Assembly (NCBI GenBank): GCA_951406725.2 | Contig: OX597833.1 | Coordinates: forward strand, 29,326,001 to 29,390,000 | Length of the DNA: 64,000 bases | Source of the DNA: Octopus vulgaris | Taxonomy: Eukaryota | Reading direction: 5' to 3' | In this document: positions 38,322 through 52,151 of the stretch, piece by piece | Layout: every line of letters starts with the position of its first letter | How positions within the stretch are numbered: the first letter of the stretch is position 1 | Notes under the pieces: generated by a model | The model's input: the letters and a program-made list of their open reading frames with translations, nothing else | Databases searched by the model: none | What the model was told of the DNA's origin: nothing | Made by a program: the position numbers and the translations under genes

Positions 38322-38988
38322 TCTCTGCTCCTTACCACTCTCTGTTCTTCCCATATGACTGGTACTTGACCAAGCATGATCTTTCTTGGCCTGACCACCA
38401 CTCACACAACACCTTGTTTTCCTGTTTCCTGACTTTCATATTTGTAACCGCAAGGCTTCCACTTCACACGTCAGCTTAATTTAACTTGTCCTTTTAGTCA
38501 AAAGACACCTGTAGTTATTCTTGTTGTTTGTATTTGTAATCATATAACATTTTCTCTGTTTTCTCATTGTTTTTGTCCATGTTGTCATTCGCTTCCTTTC
38601 TTCCAAAAATTTAATGCCCTTAACTTAGATTTTTGGGACCTACCAATTTTGAACAGTCTCAAGTGTAACAGGCCAAAACTATAATGATTGGAAGCTTGAC
38701 TGATGAATAGAAAGCCATGAATATTCCATCCTGGTTTTCCTGTCTGTTTTTGTATCGTCCATCTGTCTGTATGTTTTCACTGTCATCTGTTATGTTCTTG
38801 TTCCATTTATATATATATATATATTTGTTTATGTATTCGTTTTGCAAGATTCTTGATGTGAACTCATGTGTTGAAACAGATATTGTATTTGGGGAGGGTT
38901 ATGTTGCCAGTTTAGCCAATGAAAACACACACACTATTCATTCAGTGTTCGCTTGCTTCAGTTTTATTTCATATTAATTATATTTTGG

Positions 38989-39028
38989 CCAGAGTTCTTT
39001 CATCACACTTCCATGACCTCATCAGTGG
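38989..39028 (-). ncRNA. Minimal type-I hammerhead motif downstream of a Penelope GIY-YIG ORF
   Basis: cca-CTGATGA-ggtcatggaagtgtgat-GAAAG-aa-CTC-tgg. Confidence 0.55.
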
Positions 39029-39317
39029 TCCTTTGCTTTCTTCTTTCTTTTTTGTGTCTCCCCTTCCTAACAATCTGCCATTTTGTGTTCCTATTGTATG
39101 TGTCTTTATTTGCACATGCTTATATCCCTGTATGTGTCTATGTTTGGTAAGTGTGTGTGTGTGGGAATGTGTATGGTACCTGCATAATTAATATCTCTTG
39201 TTTATTCATGTTCATTTTATTTTATTTTATTTATTTTATTTATTTGTTTTGCTCATGTATTTAATTACTTAATTTCATTTATTTATCTATCTATTGTATT
39301 AGTTTTATATTATTAGT

Positions 39318-39730
39318 TTATGGGAATCTTATTCTGTCATCAGGTTGTGGTGTGTATGTGTGGGAGGGATGAGTGCAAGTGTTCCATTCTAGTTTTCTAT
39401 TTAGACTAGGTTTATCTTCTATTATGTGTGTGACTTCTGTAATTTGTCTAAGTGTTGTGCCTGTTCTATGTGTAGACAAGATTTTTACTTCTATGTTGTT
39501 GAGTGAGCCCTCGTGTTCCTGCTTGGCATGTTGGTATAGTATTGATGAACTCTTCTCTTCCTTGAGTTCCCTCCAGTGCTCATTAACCGTCTTTCCTAAA
39601 CTACATGCTGTCTTGCTTACGTATGTTGTTGTCTTGTTTCTGCACTGTCTCTCAGTACATCTTATTCTATAGACTATGTTCCTAGCTTTACAGTTTGTTT
39701 GTGGGCTAACTCTACACACCACACAGTTCT
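39318..39730 (-). mobile_element. Penelope-like GIY-YIG endonuclease fragment
   Basis: CKARNIVYRIRC...TYVSKT..SLGKTVNEH...ILYQHAKQEH...LRQITE..HI...KPSLN. Confidence 0.8.
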
Positions 39731-40753
39731 TATCAGTAAAGGGATTCTATTAAAAGGGTGGGTTCTACCGAATAGGGATTTAATAGGGTTACCTAATCTT
39801 TCTACAACCACTTTCCGTGTTGGCATGGGCAAAACAGTTTGACTGGAACAGGCAAGCAGGAGAGCTGCACTAGGTTCAAATCTGATTTGGTGTGATTTCT
39901 ATGGCTGGATGCTATTCCTAATGCCATCCACTCCAAGAGTGCAATAGGTACTTTTTACATCCCACTGGCATGGGTGCCATTTACATGATGGCATTAATGG
40001 CTATGATTACGATTTCATAGGTGCCATTTAAATGGCACTGGAAATGGCCGCAACTACGATTTCACCTGGCTTAACAAGCCTTCTCAAGCACAGCATATTG
40101 CCAATGGTCTCAGTCACTTGTCATCGTTCCCATGAGGCCCAACATTTGAAGATTATGCTACTGGCTACAAGATTATACACAATAAAGACGAGAAGAGATG
40201 ATTAGGATATGATTGCTTAAGTAGAGGTGGAGTAGGAGCCATTACAGTTGCTGTAGGAAGACAGAAAGATGAAACTGTGTGCTTGTGGATCTGAGGCTGG
40301 AACATTTCTGTGAGTGGCTTTATAACAATCTGCTAGAAAGCTCATTTCTGAAAGTGATCTAGGAATGTTGGTGTGTGCAGCAATGACACCATCTTGGGTG
40401 AGAGAGCAATGCTCTATTGTGGGTCCTGGGCTCATCAGAACATTGATAACTGTTGGGGGCTGAAGTATCTTCTGGTCTTGAAGATGACAGCCAGTCATTG
40501 GGTTACAGTCCTAGATATGTTAAAGATAAGTTTTCACTGAGAGACCCAGTAATAGACCCAACAACTGGAGTGAGTGTGAGGGCTCTAGCTGAGTGTGGCT
40601 CCTGATTAAGAGAAATGTAGTGTGATAATGTTTCTCTCTCAATATATATGATTGATTGATTGATTCTAGTTTCAGCTTATGAGCTGTGGCCATGCTGGGG
40701 CACCGCCATATTATATATTTATGTATTCATGCATGCATGTATATATGTATGTA

Positions 40754-40801
<48 letters not shown>

Positions 40802-40896
40802 TATATGTAAATATATATATATATTTATGTGTATATATATATGTGTGTGTATGTATATGTGTATATATGTCTGAATGGGCATATATATATATATAT

Positions 40897-41144
40897 TGAT
40901 AGAAATGGTAAGACAACAAAAGAATGAAAGAGACCTTGATATTATGTAAATAGAGGAATTTATCTGTAAATGTAATATGTGACAATCATTCGGTAACCAT
41001 GATAAAACTCCGAGTTTTGGATGTCAGGACGGAAATCCACACTCCCATCTCTTTAACTGAAGAGATGGTGGTATGGATTTCCGCCCCGATATCCGAAACT
41101 CGGAGTTTTATCATGGCTACCGAATAATTGTCACATATTACATT

Positions 41145-41148
<4 letters not shown>
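40897..41148. mobile_element. Short fold-back element with hammerhead-like motif, flanked by (TA)n
   Basis: 89-bp arms 40965-41053 / 41060-41148; + strand taa-CTGAAGA...GAAAC-tcgga-GTT-tta at 41054-41110. Confidence 0.7.
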
Positions 41149-41177
<29 letters not shown>

Positions 41178-41180
<3 letters not shown>

Positions 41181-43915
41181 TAAAAAAATGGAGTTAACGC
41201 AGGTGTAATCAAATATTTTTACTTTCGACACATGTTTCGAAAATTCCACTGATACTATTCAAAAGAATAAATGGTATAAACAATGCAATCTTCTCCTCAG
41301 GAAAGTGAAAAAAAACGAAACTTGTCAATAAGACATTTTAGCAAAAAAAGATGGATTTGTATAGTGATAGACAGAACGCTATTAATATTGTTTAAAAAAA
41401 CGTTATATGATATAACGTCATAAGTAGCTAACAGAAAGAGTAAGGATATTAATAGTGAATGTTAAATATAAAGGAAATTAAAGTTTAAACTATATATAAT
41501 GATAGAGACTACTTATATGCACTAAATGTATGTTTTTGCCAATGCTTACATCTGTATGCTCGCTCTATAACCATGTTTACTAGAGTATTTTTTTAAAAAA
41601 TAATGAAAAATAGCTCAGAATTACAGAGAAGACAGAATTTCTTGCCTTTGTCATATGGTATCGAAATTGAGAGGATCAACCATTCTAAATGAAATTGTTT
41701 ATTGTGGTCTTTTAAATCCCAAATCAGTTTGCTGAGACCGGTACTATTCCGTTTATTTCAATCCCTAAATGTTGAGTAATGGATAGAAATTCTTTTAGAT
41801 AACTCTAACGATGTGCTTCCAATGTAAAATCGTACTTTATTACGAGTACTGATTATACATTGGTATATAGAATTTTTAATCTTAGAGTTACTTGACATAA
41901 ACTTAATTCTATTGGAATTGACTTCAGATACAATAACCTTGTTATTAATATTTCTAGAGGGTTGGATGGTATTAGCTAAAATTAATGTTAGTATTAGTAA
42001 ATGTATTAATATTTAACAGTTTGTTATGAGAAGATATGATTTGCAAGAGATTTTTTGTGTTTGAAAAACCTATCCTAACCTTATGTGAATTGATTATAGA
42101 GTAATATCTAGAATTGTTTGGAAAATTCCTAGCAATAGCTTGACGAAACAGCAGTGGGAGTTTAGATTTAATTTGCCTCCCGTAAGGAATTATTAACCAA
42201 ATATTTTTACTAGTATTCATAGCGTAATTACTTTTGAAGGTGTTATATTTACTTTTAGATCGATAATAGGGGATTAAATAAGGGTTATCTGCTTTCATTC
42301 GCTTTGTATCGGTGCGTAAGTTATGTTTGTTATCAATAATTCTTTTACGACTAGAAATCTTATCTACATTATTGAATTTACAATTAGACTGAGCAGAATC
42401 AATGTAGAAAATTTTTTCTGTATAACCTGTTTTGATTAAGGCAGAGTTATAGAATTCAGCGTTATTATTGAAAATATCAACATTAGCAGATAATTTAGAT
42501 AATCTAAATGAAATATTCTTAACTAAGTTCTTAGTAATTGCTCCAGGATGATTACTAAATTTGCTAATGTACTTAAGATTGGTCAACGGTTTATGATATG
42601 GGAAGTAAGAGTCACTGTGTAAATTAAGCGTAATATCTAAAAAGTTGGCCTTCGTCAGATCGTCATCAAAAACGATTTTTAAGCCCATTCTACTGAAAAA
42701 ATTAACTAAACTATTCTTAACTTTTTGTACCTTTTGGTTGGAAACATTTTGGAGGTAAAGTAAACAATTATCACGATATAGACCTCCATAAATTTTAGAG
42801 AACTCTTCAGCCATTTCAAAAAGAATATATATACAGACCAAATCAGCTATCTGAGCTGAATCAGAACTTCACATTGGTATATCAAAACTATCTGGTGTGT
42901 CTTTACGGACCCACAACTTATCATCAAATTTAATAATAGATCTTCTGGCTGCCAACACAACATTAATTTCTTCTCGGGTGAGACCAGCTTTGTTATGAGC
43001 AAGCCAAAGTGCCTTATTAAGTACTATTGGATTAATAGCTGAATAAAAATTGGAAATATCAAACTGGATAAACTTTGTACTCACCTTATTGTTAATAGAA
43101 CTAAACCAGTCAACTACTTCAAATGAATTAGTCCATAAACTAAGTGTTAATGTTTTGATTAAATTAGGAATATATTTATTTAGTTTATGTTTACTAAGGA
43201 TACCGATGTCAGAGCTAGAAGGGCAGATAAGCCTTAATGATGGGTTAGTAAAAAAATTTGGTTTGTGATCCTTCAAAATGAACTGAAGTTGCTTAGGAAC
43301 AAGTGGTTCTGTCTTCATTTGTAGGTTATATTTCTCCATGATTTTCATAGCCTCAATGTTGGCTTTCTTAAGTATTCTTTTATCAGCAGTTTTATACTTT
43401 TTCTGAATTTCTTTTTTAAGTAATTCCAAATAATAATCTTTATAAAGTTTGTACAGATTTCCAGTCTTATCAGATTGAACCAACATAATATCCATAGAAT
43501 TGATTTCCTTGGTGATGTTGCGAAGATACCTCAGATGTTTATTTCTTAGTGGTGGTCGTTGAAATTTTACATTTCTCACAATAGACCAGAGATCATCTTC
43601 AAATTGCTTCAATCTTGGGTTAGGCAGCGGACTATTTTTAGATTTAAATAACTTGTTAAACTCAGATGTTTTATCATTAGTGTGTTGTTGAGTGTCATTT
43701 TTGTCAAAGAAAAAGGTAAGCCATCTTATATATATATGCATATTATATTATCTATCTATTTCTTTATCACGTAAACATAGTACCGATAGCTTCATCTTCC
43801 TGTTTGTCTTAAGATCATGCATATCTGTTAATTGCAATGTTTTATTTATTTTTCCTAATCAAGGTTATCATTTCGTTCATTCATTCTCTCTAAATTTCTT
43901 TAACCATAGTATACA
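41178..43915 (-). mobile_element. Penelope-like retroelement (RT, GIY-YIG, 3' pLTR), inactivated
   Basis: SDKTGNLY, LKDHKPNF..NPSLRLICP, FIQFDISNFY, FDIPM*SSDSAQIADLV, LYRDN; downstream frame SIYQC...FYIGST...LSKLIWDLK...CLLC at about 41590-41880. Confidence 0.88.
41221..41306 (-). ncRNA. Type-I hammerhead ribozyme motif in Penelope pLTR
   Basis: actttc-CTGAGGA-gaagatt...aattttc-GAAAC-atgt-GTC-gaaagt: 6-bp helix I, 7-bp helix II, GUC triplet. Confidence 0.85.
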
Positions 43916-43929
43916 AGGGCAGAAGACGA

Positions 43930-46900
43930 TGCACTACTCTAAACTTGCTTGTTCGCGGTGCACCTGCCCTCCCACCCCCTCCACCTTAACCGGAAGTCCC
44001 TAACCTGTCTTCCTCGTTTACCTCCCACGAACACTTCTAAGGGTCAAATGCCACCCCACCCCAATGTAGGGTCTATTTAATCATATAGCGCATGAAAATG
44101 GTGTAGTGTCCGTAGATTGTAGTCTAGTGTTTCTTATGAATTCTGCCAAATGTAAGCTTTCTTTTCAGGTACATGACACTGCTGTCCCTCATCCCAGGGT
44201 CTCACAGGCCCACACCTCCCACACCCTCAGAGTTGGTACACTCAAGGTTGGCACACTGTAAGGTAGGTCTGGTGAGATTGTTGAGCGGAGACGTGTAGAT
44301 TTGTGCTGCATCCAAGAACTAAGGTGGAGAGAAGGTTCCGCTAGGTTCCTCACAGGCAAAGAACACAGGTACAAGATTTTCTGGACAGGGAACACTGATG
44401 GGGTCAGGGGCGTGGGTATACTTCTTGCGGAGAATTGGGTTGATAAGGTAATCGAGGTAGTCAGAGTATGTGACAGAGTACTTAAGATTAGATTAGTGCT
44501 TCACCATAGGTCAGTTACCATTATATTGGCCTATGCCCCTCAGCCGGGGCTACCGGAGGGGCAGAAAGACCGATTCTATGACGCCCTATTGCAGACTACC
44601 TCGTTGACGAATGACAGAGACCTTCTTTTTGTGGCTGGTGATTTCAATGGACATGTTGGACAACGTTCAGGGGGCTTCCATGGCATACATGGAGGCTATG
44701 GTTTTGGTTTCCACAATGAGGAGGGAACCAGACTGCTGGAGTTCTGCGGTGCAAATGATCGTATGGTTTGCAATACCAACTTCAGGAAACCCGCCCATCA
44801 CCTAGTCACCTATCATTCTGGCAGACACACTAGCCAAATTAACTATATCCTCGCCAGAAAAAGGGAAAGAGGGCTGCTTATAAATGCCAAACCCTTCCCA
44901 GGCAAAGAATGTACTCCTCAACATAGATTAGTAGTTATCGACTTCAGGATCAGGGCTGAATGGATGCCCAGAAGAAAACCAGCCTGGAGGAGAAGGGTCT
45001 GGAAACTTAAAGATCCTGCAAATGGGCAGAGATTTAGAAACGTATTACTCGAAGCCTTTGATGAAATAGAAGGGGATGTAGCATCACATAATGTGGAAGA
45101 CAACTGGAAGTTTCTACGGGACAACCTGCTGAGAGCCACTTACCAGATCTGTGGCTGGTGCAAAGTCCCCACTCGACCCAAGGTAACGTGGTGGTGGAAC
45201 AATGAGGTTGACAGGGCTATTAGACAAAAGAAACAGGCTTGGAAGGACTGGAAGAATGGAGGGAACTGTATCAGACTGCCAGAAGGGAAGCTAAGAGACA
45301 GTTTATTTAGCCAGAGGGGAAGCAGATAAGAAAAAATTTGCCAATGTTCTGCGCTGTGAGGACCAAAGACTTGAGGTATTTCGTGTTGCAAGACAGTGTG
45401 TGAGAGAGAATCGTGATGTGGTAGGAGAGAAATGTGTTCGCATGGATGATGGTTCACTTGCGCTAAATGAGGATGCAAAGAGAGAGGTTTGGAGATGCCA
45501 CTGTGAAAGGTTGCTGAATAAAGAAAATGAATGGGATAAAGAGAGTCTGCCGAATGTCAACCCAACAGAGGGACCAGCTATCCGAGTTGACAGTTCTTTG
45601 GTAGTTAAGGCAATTAGAAGCATGAAGACAGGGAAAGCCCCAGGCCCATCAGGAATTACTGCAGAGATGCTCAAAATATCTGGCAGTGTAGCAGCATAAT
45701 AGTCAACTGCTACAAAGGTAAAAGTGACGCCCTAGATACAAATAGTTACAGAGGTATCAAGCTTTTGGATCAGGTAATGAGAGGGTCATAACCCAACTGA
45801 TTAGGGAGAGAGTCAACTTGGATGAGATACAGTTTGGTTTTGTGCCAGGGAAAAGCACCACTGATGCCATATTTCTGGTGAGACAGCTGCAGGAGAAATA
45901 CCTAGCCAAAGATAAGCCCCTGTACCTGGCTTTCGTTGACATGGAGAAAGCCTTCGACAGGGTCCCCTGATCCCTTATCTGGTGGTCAATGAGGAAACTA
46001 GGGATAGATGAATGGCTAGTGAGAGCTGTGCAAGCCATGTACAGGGACACTGTAAATAAAGTAAGGGTTGGCAACGTGTACACTGAAGAATTCAAGGTAG
46101 AGGTTGGGGTCCACCAGGGTTCAGTCCTCAGCCCCCTCCTATTTATCATAGTCCTCCAGGCAATTACGGAGGAATTCAAGACAGGATGCCCCTGGGAGCT
46201 CCTCTATGCTGACAACCTTGCTCTAATTGCTGAGTCACTATCAGAACTAGAGGAGAAGTTTCAGGTGTGGAAGCAAGGATTAGAATCGAAGGGCCTTAGA
46301 GTCAACCTAGCTAAAACCAAAGTCCTAATAAGTAGGAAGGTAGCCAAACCACAAATGCCTTCAGGTAGATGGCCCTGCTCAATCTGTAGAAAAGGCATAG
46401 GTAGAAACTCTATAAGATGTACCCAGTGTAAGCTATGGACACATAAGAGGTGCAGCAATGTCAAAGGAAGGCTAACTAGGAAGATAGTTTTTGTATGTGG
46501 CAGATGCTCAGGAGCAATAAACACTGAAAATGTGCAGAAAACAACTTCCGTCACTTTCCAGGGGGAAAAATTAGAAGGAGTTGATAGCTTCCATTACCTA
46601 GGTGACCAAGTCAGTAGCGGGGGTGGGTGTGCTGAAAGTGTAACTGCTAGAGTAAGAATAGCCTGGGCAAGGTTCAGAGAGCTCTTACCCCTGTTGGTGA
46701 CAAAAGGCCTCTCGCCCAGAGTAAAAGGCAGACTGTATGATGCATGTGTACGAACAGCCATGCTACATGGCAGTGAAACATGGGCCATGACTGCTGAGGA
46801 CATGCATAAGCTCACGAGGAATAAAGCCAGTATGCTTCGATGGATGTGTAATGTCAGTGTACATACTCAACAGGGTGTAAGTACCTTGAGAGAAAAGTTG

Positions 46901-47808
46901 GACCTAAGAAGCATCAGCTGTGGTGTGCAAGAGAGACGATTGCGCTGGTATGGTCATGTGGTGAGAATGGATGAAGATAGGTGTGTGAAAAAGTGCCAAT
47001 CCCTAGCAGTTGAGGGAACCCGTGGAAGAGGTAGACCCAGGAAAACCTAGGACGAGGTGGTGAAGCACGACCTTTGAACTTTAGGCCTCACGGAGGCAAT
47101 GACTAGTGACCGAGACCTTTGGAAATATGCTGTGTGTGAGAAGACCCGACAGGACAAGTGAGTCCATCCTGTGTCCTTTGCCAGGGATGTAGCCAGCCCA
47201 CTTATGCATGCCTTTCCTTCCTTGGACACGCGAAGACCTGTTGAGGCAAACGAAGTCGAAATCGAATTCAAAATCGAACCTCATCCCACGACAGGCACCC
47301 ATGCCAACTCCCTCCATTGGACACTAAACTCTGCTTGTAAAGACCTGTTGGGGCAAGTGAAATCGGAATCGAAATTGAACCAATCCTATGACTGGCACCC
47401 AGCAGTTGCCAGGGCCACTGGACTGACTCCTGTGCAGGTGGCAAGTAAAGAAACACCGTTTCGACCCTGTTCTTGAGGAGATCCATTGAGTCAAGTACAC
47501 CAACATCAAAAATCAATGGAAACTGCAGTTGTGATCCCTGTGCCGGTGGCACATAAAAAGCACCATCCAAACGTGGCCGATGCCAGCGCCGCTTAGACTG
47601 GCTTCTGTGCTGGTTGCACGTAAAAAGCACCATCCGAATGTGGCCGATGCCAGCGCTGCCTTGACTGGCTTCCATACGGTGGCACGTAAAAAGCACCAAT
47701 CCGATTGTGGCCGTTGCCATCCTCGCCTGGCACATAAAAAGCACCCACTACACACACGGAGTGGTTGGCGTTAGGAAGGGCATCCAGCTGTAGAAACACT
47801 GCCAGATC
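43930..47808 (+). mobile_element. Near full-length RTE LINE (APE, RT, PHD-like finger, repetitive 3' UTR), frameshifted
   Basis: ORFs 44301..45329, 45400..45699 and 45989..47050; IQELRW, GDFNGH, GVHQGSVLSPLLF, YADN, RRLRWYGHVVRM, RGRGRPRKT. Confidence 0.9.
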
Positions 47809-47820
47809 ATATATATATAT

Positions 47821-50318
47821 ATCATCATCATCATCATCATCATCATCATTTAATGTTCGTTTTCCATGCTAGCATGGGTTGGACGGTTTGACTGGGGACT
47901 GGGAAGCCCTTCTTAACGCCAACCACTCCGTGAGTGTAGTGGGTGCTTTTTACGTGCCACTGGCACAGGTATCACAGCTACAATTTCCATTTGATTTTTT
48001 GATGTTGATGTACTTGACTCAATAGGTCTCCTCATGCACAGCAGGTCGCCCTACAATCCAAGGTAAGCAGAGCATGCCGTCCTGTGATCCAAAGCACATG
48101 GGCTGGGGCTTCTATGTAAAGCTGGTGCAGGTAACAGCCATGAACTCACATTATTTGTTGGATCTTCGCAGTCACAGCATATCTCCACAGGTCTCGGTCT
48201 TTCGTCATGGCCTCTGTGAGACTCAATGTTCGATGGTCATGCTTGACTACCTCATCCTGTATCTTCCTGGGTCTACCTCTACCCCGGATTCCTTCAACTG
48301 TTTGGAAGTGGCACTTCTTCACACATCTCTCTTCATCCATCTGTAGTACATGACCATACCTGCGCAGACGTCTCTCTTGCATGCCACATCCAATGCTTTT
48401 TACGTCCAGTATTTCTCTCAGGGCACTTACACTCTGTCGTGTGGACACACTGACATTACACATCCAGCGGATCATGCTAGCTTCATATCTTTCAAGCCTA
48501 CGCATGTCCTCTGCAGTCACAGCCTATGTTTCACTACCATGAAGCATGGCAGTTTGCACACAATCTACCTTTCACTCTGAGCAAGAGACTCTTTGTCAAC
48601 AGTAGGGGTAGGAGCTTTCTAAACTTTGCCCAGGCTATTCGAATTCTAGTGGTAAGACTCTCTGAGCATCCACCCCCACTACTAACTTGGTCACCTAGGG
48701 AGCAGACACTATCAACTACTTCTAGTTTCTCACCCAGGAGTGTAATGGAATCTGTTTTCTGAGTATCAATGATGTCTATTGCCCCTGCACATGAAAGCTA
48801 TCTTCTCAGTTAATTTTCCTTTGATGTTGCTGCACCTCTTATGTGTCCATAACTTACACTAGGTACATGTTATGGAGTTTCTACCTACACCTTTTCTACA
48901 GATCGAGCAGGGCCACCTACCTGAAGTGGTGTGTGGTGTGTTTGCCTTCCTACTTACTAGAACTTTGGTCTTTGCTGCATTGACTCTAAGGCCTTTTGAT
49001 TCTAAACCTAGCTTCCACATACAAAATTTCTTTTCTAAACCCTCCTTCCACACCTGGAACTTCTCCTCCAGTTCTGATAGTGACTCAGCAATTAGAGCGA
49101 GGTCGTCAGCATAGAGGAGCTCCCAGGGGTAACCTGTCTTGAATTCCTCCACAATTGCCTGGAGGACTATGATAAATAGGAGGGGGCTGAGTACTGAAAC
49201 CTGGTGGACCCCAACCTCTACTTTGAATTCTTCTGTGTACATGTTGCCAACCCTAACCTTACTTACGGCATCTCTGTACATGGCTTGCACAGCCCTCACC
49301 AGCCATTCATCTATCCCTAGTTTCCTCATTGACCACCAGATGAGGGATCGGGGGACCCTATCAAAGGCTTTCTCCATGTCAACGAAAGCCAGGTACAGGG
49401 GCTTATCTTTGGCTAGGTATTTCTCCTGCAGCTGCCTTACCAGGAATATAGCATCAGTGGTGCTTTTCCCTGGCACAAACCCAAACTGCATCTCATCTAA
49501 ACTAACTCTCTCTCTAATTAGTTGGGCTATGACCCTCTCCGTAACCTTCATTACCTGATCCAACAGCTTGATACCTCTGTAATTATTTGTATCTAGGGCA
49601 TCACCTTTACCTTTGTAGCAGTTGACTAGTATGCTGCTACACCAGTCATTGGGTATGACTCCTTTGTGTATCACCTGGTTGACTATACGGGTGACTAGGT
49701 TATAGCCGACACTGCCAGATATTTTGAGCATCTCTGCAGTAATTCCTGATGGGCCTGGGGCTTTCCCTGTCTTCATGCTTCTAATTGCCTTAGCTACCAC
49801 GGAACTATCAACTCGGATAGCTGGTCCCTCTGTTGGGTCAACATTCGGCAGACTCTCTTTATCCCATTCATTTTCTTTATTCAGCAACCTTTCATAGTGG
49901 CATCTCCAAACCTCTCTCTTTGCATCCTCATTTAGCGCAAGTGAACCATCATCCATGCGAACACACTTCTCTCCTACCACATCACGATTCTCTCTCACAC
50001 ACTGTCTTGCAACACGAAATACCTCAAGTCTTTTATCTTCATGGCTCAGAACATTGGCAAATTTTTTCTTATCCGCTTCTCCTCTGGCTAAATAAACCTG
50101 TCTCCTTGCTTCCCTTTTGGCTGTCTGATACAATTCCCTGCTACCACCGTTCTTCCAGTCCTTCCAAGCCTGTCTCTTTTGTCTAATAGCCCTGTCAACC
50201 ACAGTGTTCCACCACCATGTTACTCTGGGTCAAGATGGTACTTTGCTCCATCCACAGATCTGGTCAGTGGCTGTCAGCAGATTGTCCCGTAGGAATCTCC
50301 AGTTGTCTTCCACATTAA
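47821..50318 (-). mobile_element. 5'-truncated RTE LINE with (GAT)n tail
   Basis: ORF 48859..50202 (RT with YADD) and ORF 48146..48520; tail ccatgctagcatggaaaacgaacattaaat(gat)n. Confidence 0.9.
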
Positions 50319-50319
50319 G

Positions 50320-51165
50320 TGAAGCTATTACTGTTATTTTCTACTTGAAAGTCAACAATCGTTGCTATCCTTGTCATCTGTCTCCATTCACACAGCATCT
50401 CACTGCAGACATCAGTTACCTTGCCACCTGTGTGGCACAATACATGGTCATTCATCTCTTGAAAGTCCGGTACCAGCCTGACTTTATCCTTTGTTGGCTG
50501 CACCACTGCAATTAGTGGTTGCACTCTGCTCATCACCTCCTCCCTCCATGGGATAAGGACACCCTCCTTAAACCCACCTCTCTACCTCTCCTTCAAAATC
50601 ATTCTTGGCATATCTCTTCAAGGTATGCAGATAGCAGCTCACCCTGTTCTTCAGCATCGGGAGCTCTCCTTTCCAGTGTCACACTACCATCCACTACTGA
50701 CCGTTGATCACTGGCTGAAAATCCTGAGCAGAGCTTTGCTCCCTCTCATGTTGCAGACTAACAGTACTTGACGTCCCTGCACCACCAAATGAAACCACAT
50801 CTCCACCAACAATGACACCTCCAAGGTGGTTGATTGTGTCCATGTCCATCGCCACATCAATTCTGTCGACCACATGGGCAATCACAATCGCCCAAAGCCT
50901 CAGTATTGTACTCCACACCACTATCCCCACATCACTGCTACCCTTACATCTAATTTTGCTGTCAACAACCACCCAAATACTACACGTCCCATTCAATTTT
51001 TCAGTCATCATTGGGGCTCATGAGAGACATTGAACAGCCTGTATCCACGAGGGCTTTGAATGCCTTTCCCTCAACCAGGACTTCAAGTACATGCAGTGCT
51101 TCTACTTGCTTGTGGGGGAAGTTTGAGAGGTAGCAACTTCTCCATGGCCTTTTCTCTGGCTGCAG
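50320..51165 (-). mobile_element. Gypsy-type pol fragment (aspartic protease, RT N-terminus)
   Basis: [20 protein letters not shown]; IAVVQPTKDKVRLVPDFQEMN. Confidence 0.7.
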
Positions 51166-51233
51166 TTTATATAAATATATATATATGCAGTTTATATATA
51201 TATATATATATGTATATGTATATGTATATGTAT

Positions 51234-51289
<56 letters not shown>

Positions 51290-51728
51290 ATATATATATG
51301 TATATATATATATATGTATATATATATATGTATATATATATATGTATATACATATGTGTATATATGTATATGTATATATGTATATAAATATATATATATA
51401 TATATGTGTATATATATATATACACATATATATGTATATATGTATATATACATATATATGTGTATATATATATATACACATATATATATATATATGTATA
51501 TATGTATATATATATATGTATATATGTATGTATATATATATACATATATATATATATGTATATATGTATATATATATATATATATGCATATATGTATATA
51601 TATATAGATATATATGTATATATGTATATATATATATAGATATATGTATATATGTATATAGATATATGTATATATGTATATATATATATAGATATGTATA
51701 TATATGTATATATGTATATATATATATG

Positions 51729-51768
<40 letters not shown>

Positions 51769-52054
51769 GTATATATATATATATGTATATATGTATATAT
51801 ATGTATATATGTATATATATGTATATATGTATATATGTATATATATGTATATATGTATATATGTATATATATGTATATATGTATATATGTATATATATGT
51901 ATATATGTATATATATGTATATATGTATATATATGTATATATGTATATATATATACATATATATATATATATACATATATACATATATATACATATATAC
52001 ATATAATGTATATATATATATACATATATACATATATATACATATATACATATA

Positions 52055-52148
<94 letters not shown>
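51166..52148. repeat. ~1 kb complex (TA/TATG)n microsatellite
   Basis: Direct reading; similar arrays at 53490-53675, 54754-55020, 56470-56772, 59809-60238, 61208-61380 and 62858-63118. Confidence 0.97.

Positions 52149-52151
<3 letters not shown>

Noticed and set aside
38697-38735. Isolated CTGATGA (also near 62202)
   Set aside because: No downstream GAAAN..NUH with pairable helices
38845-38892. ttcttgatgtgaactcatgtgttgaaacagatattg as a hammerhead
   Set aside because: No CUGANGA box and no convincing helix I
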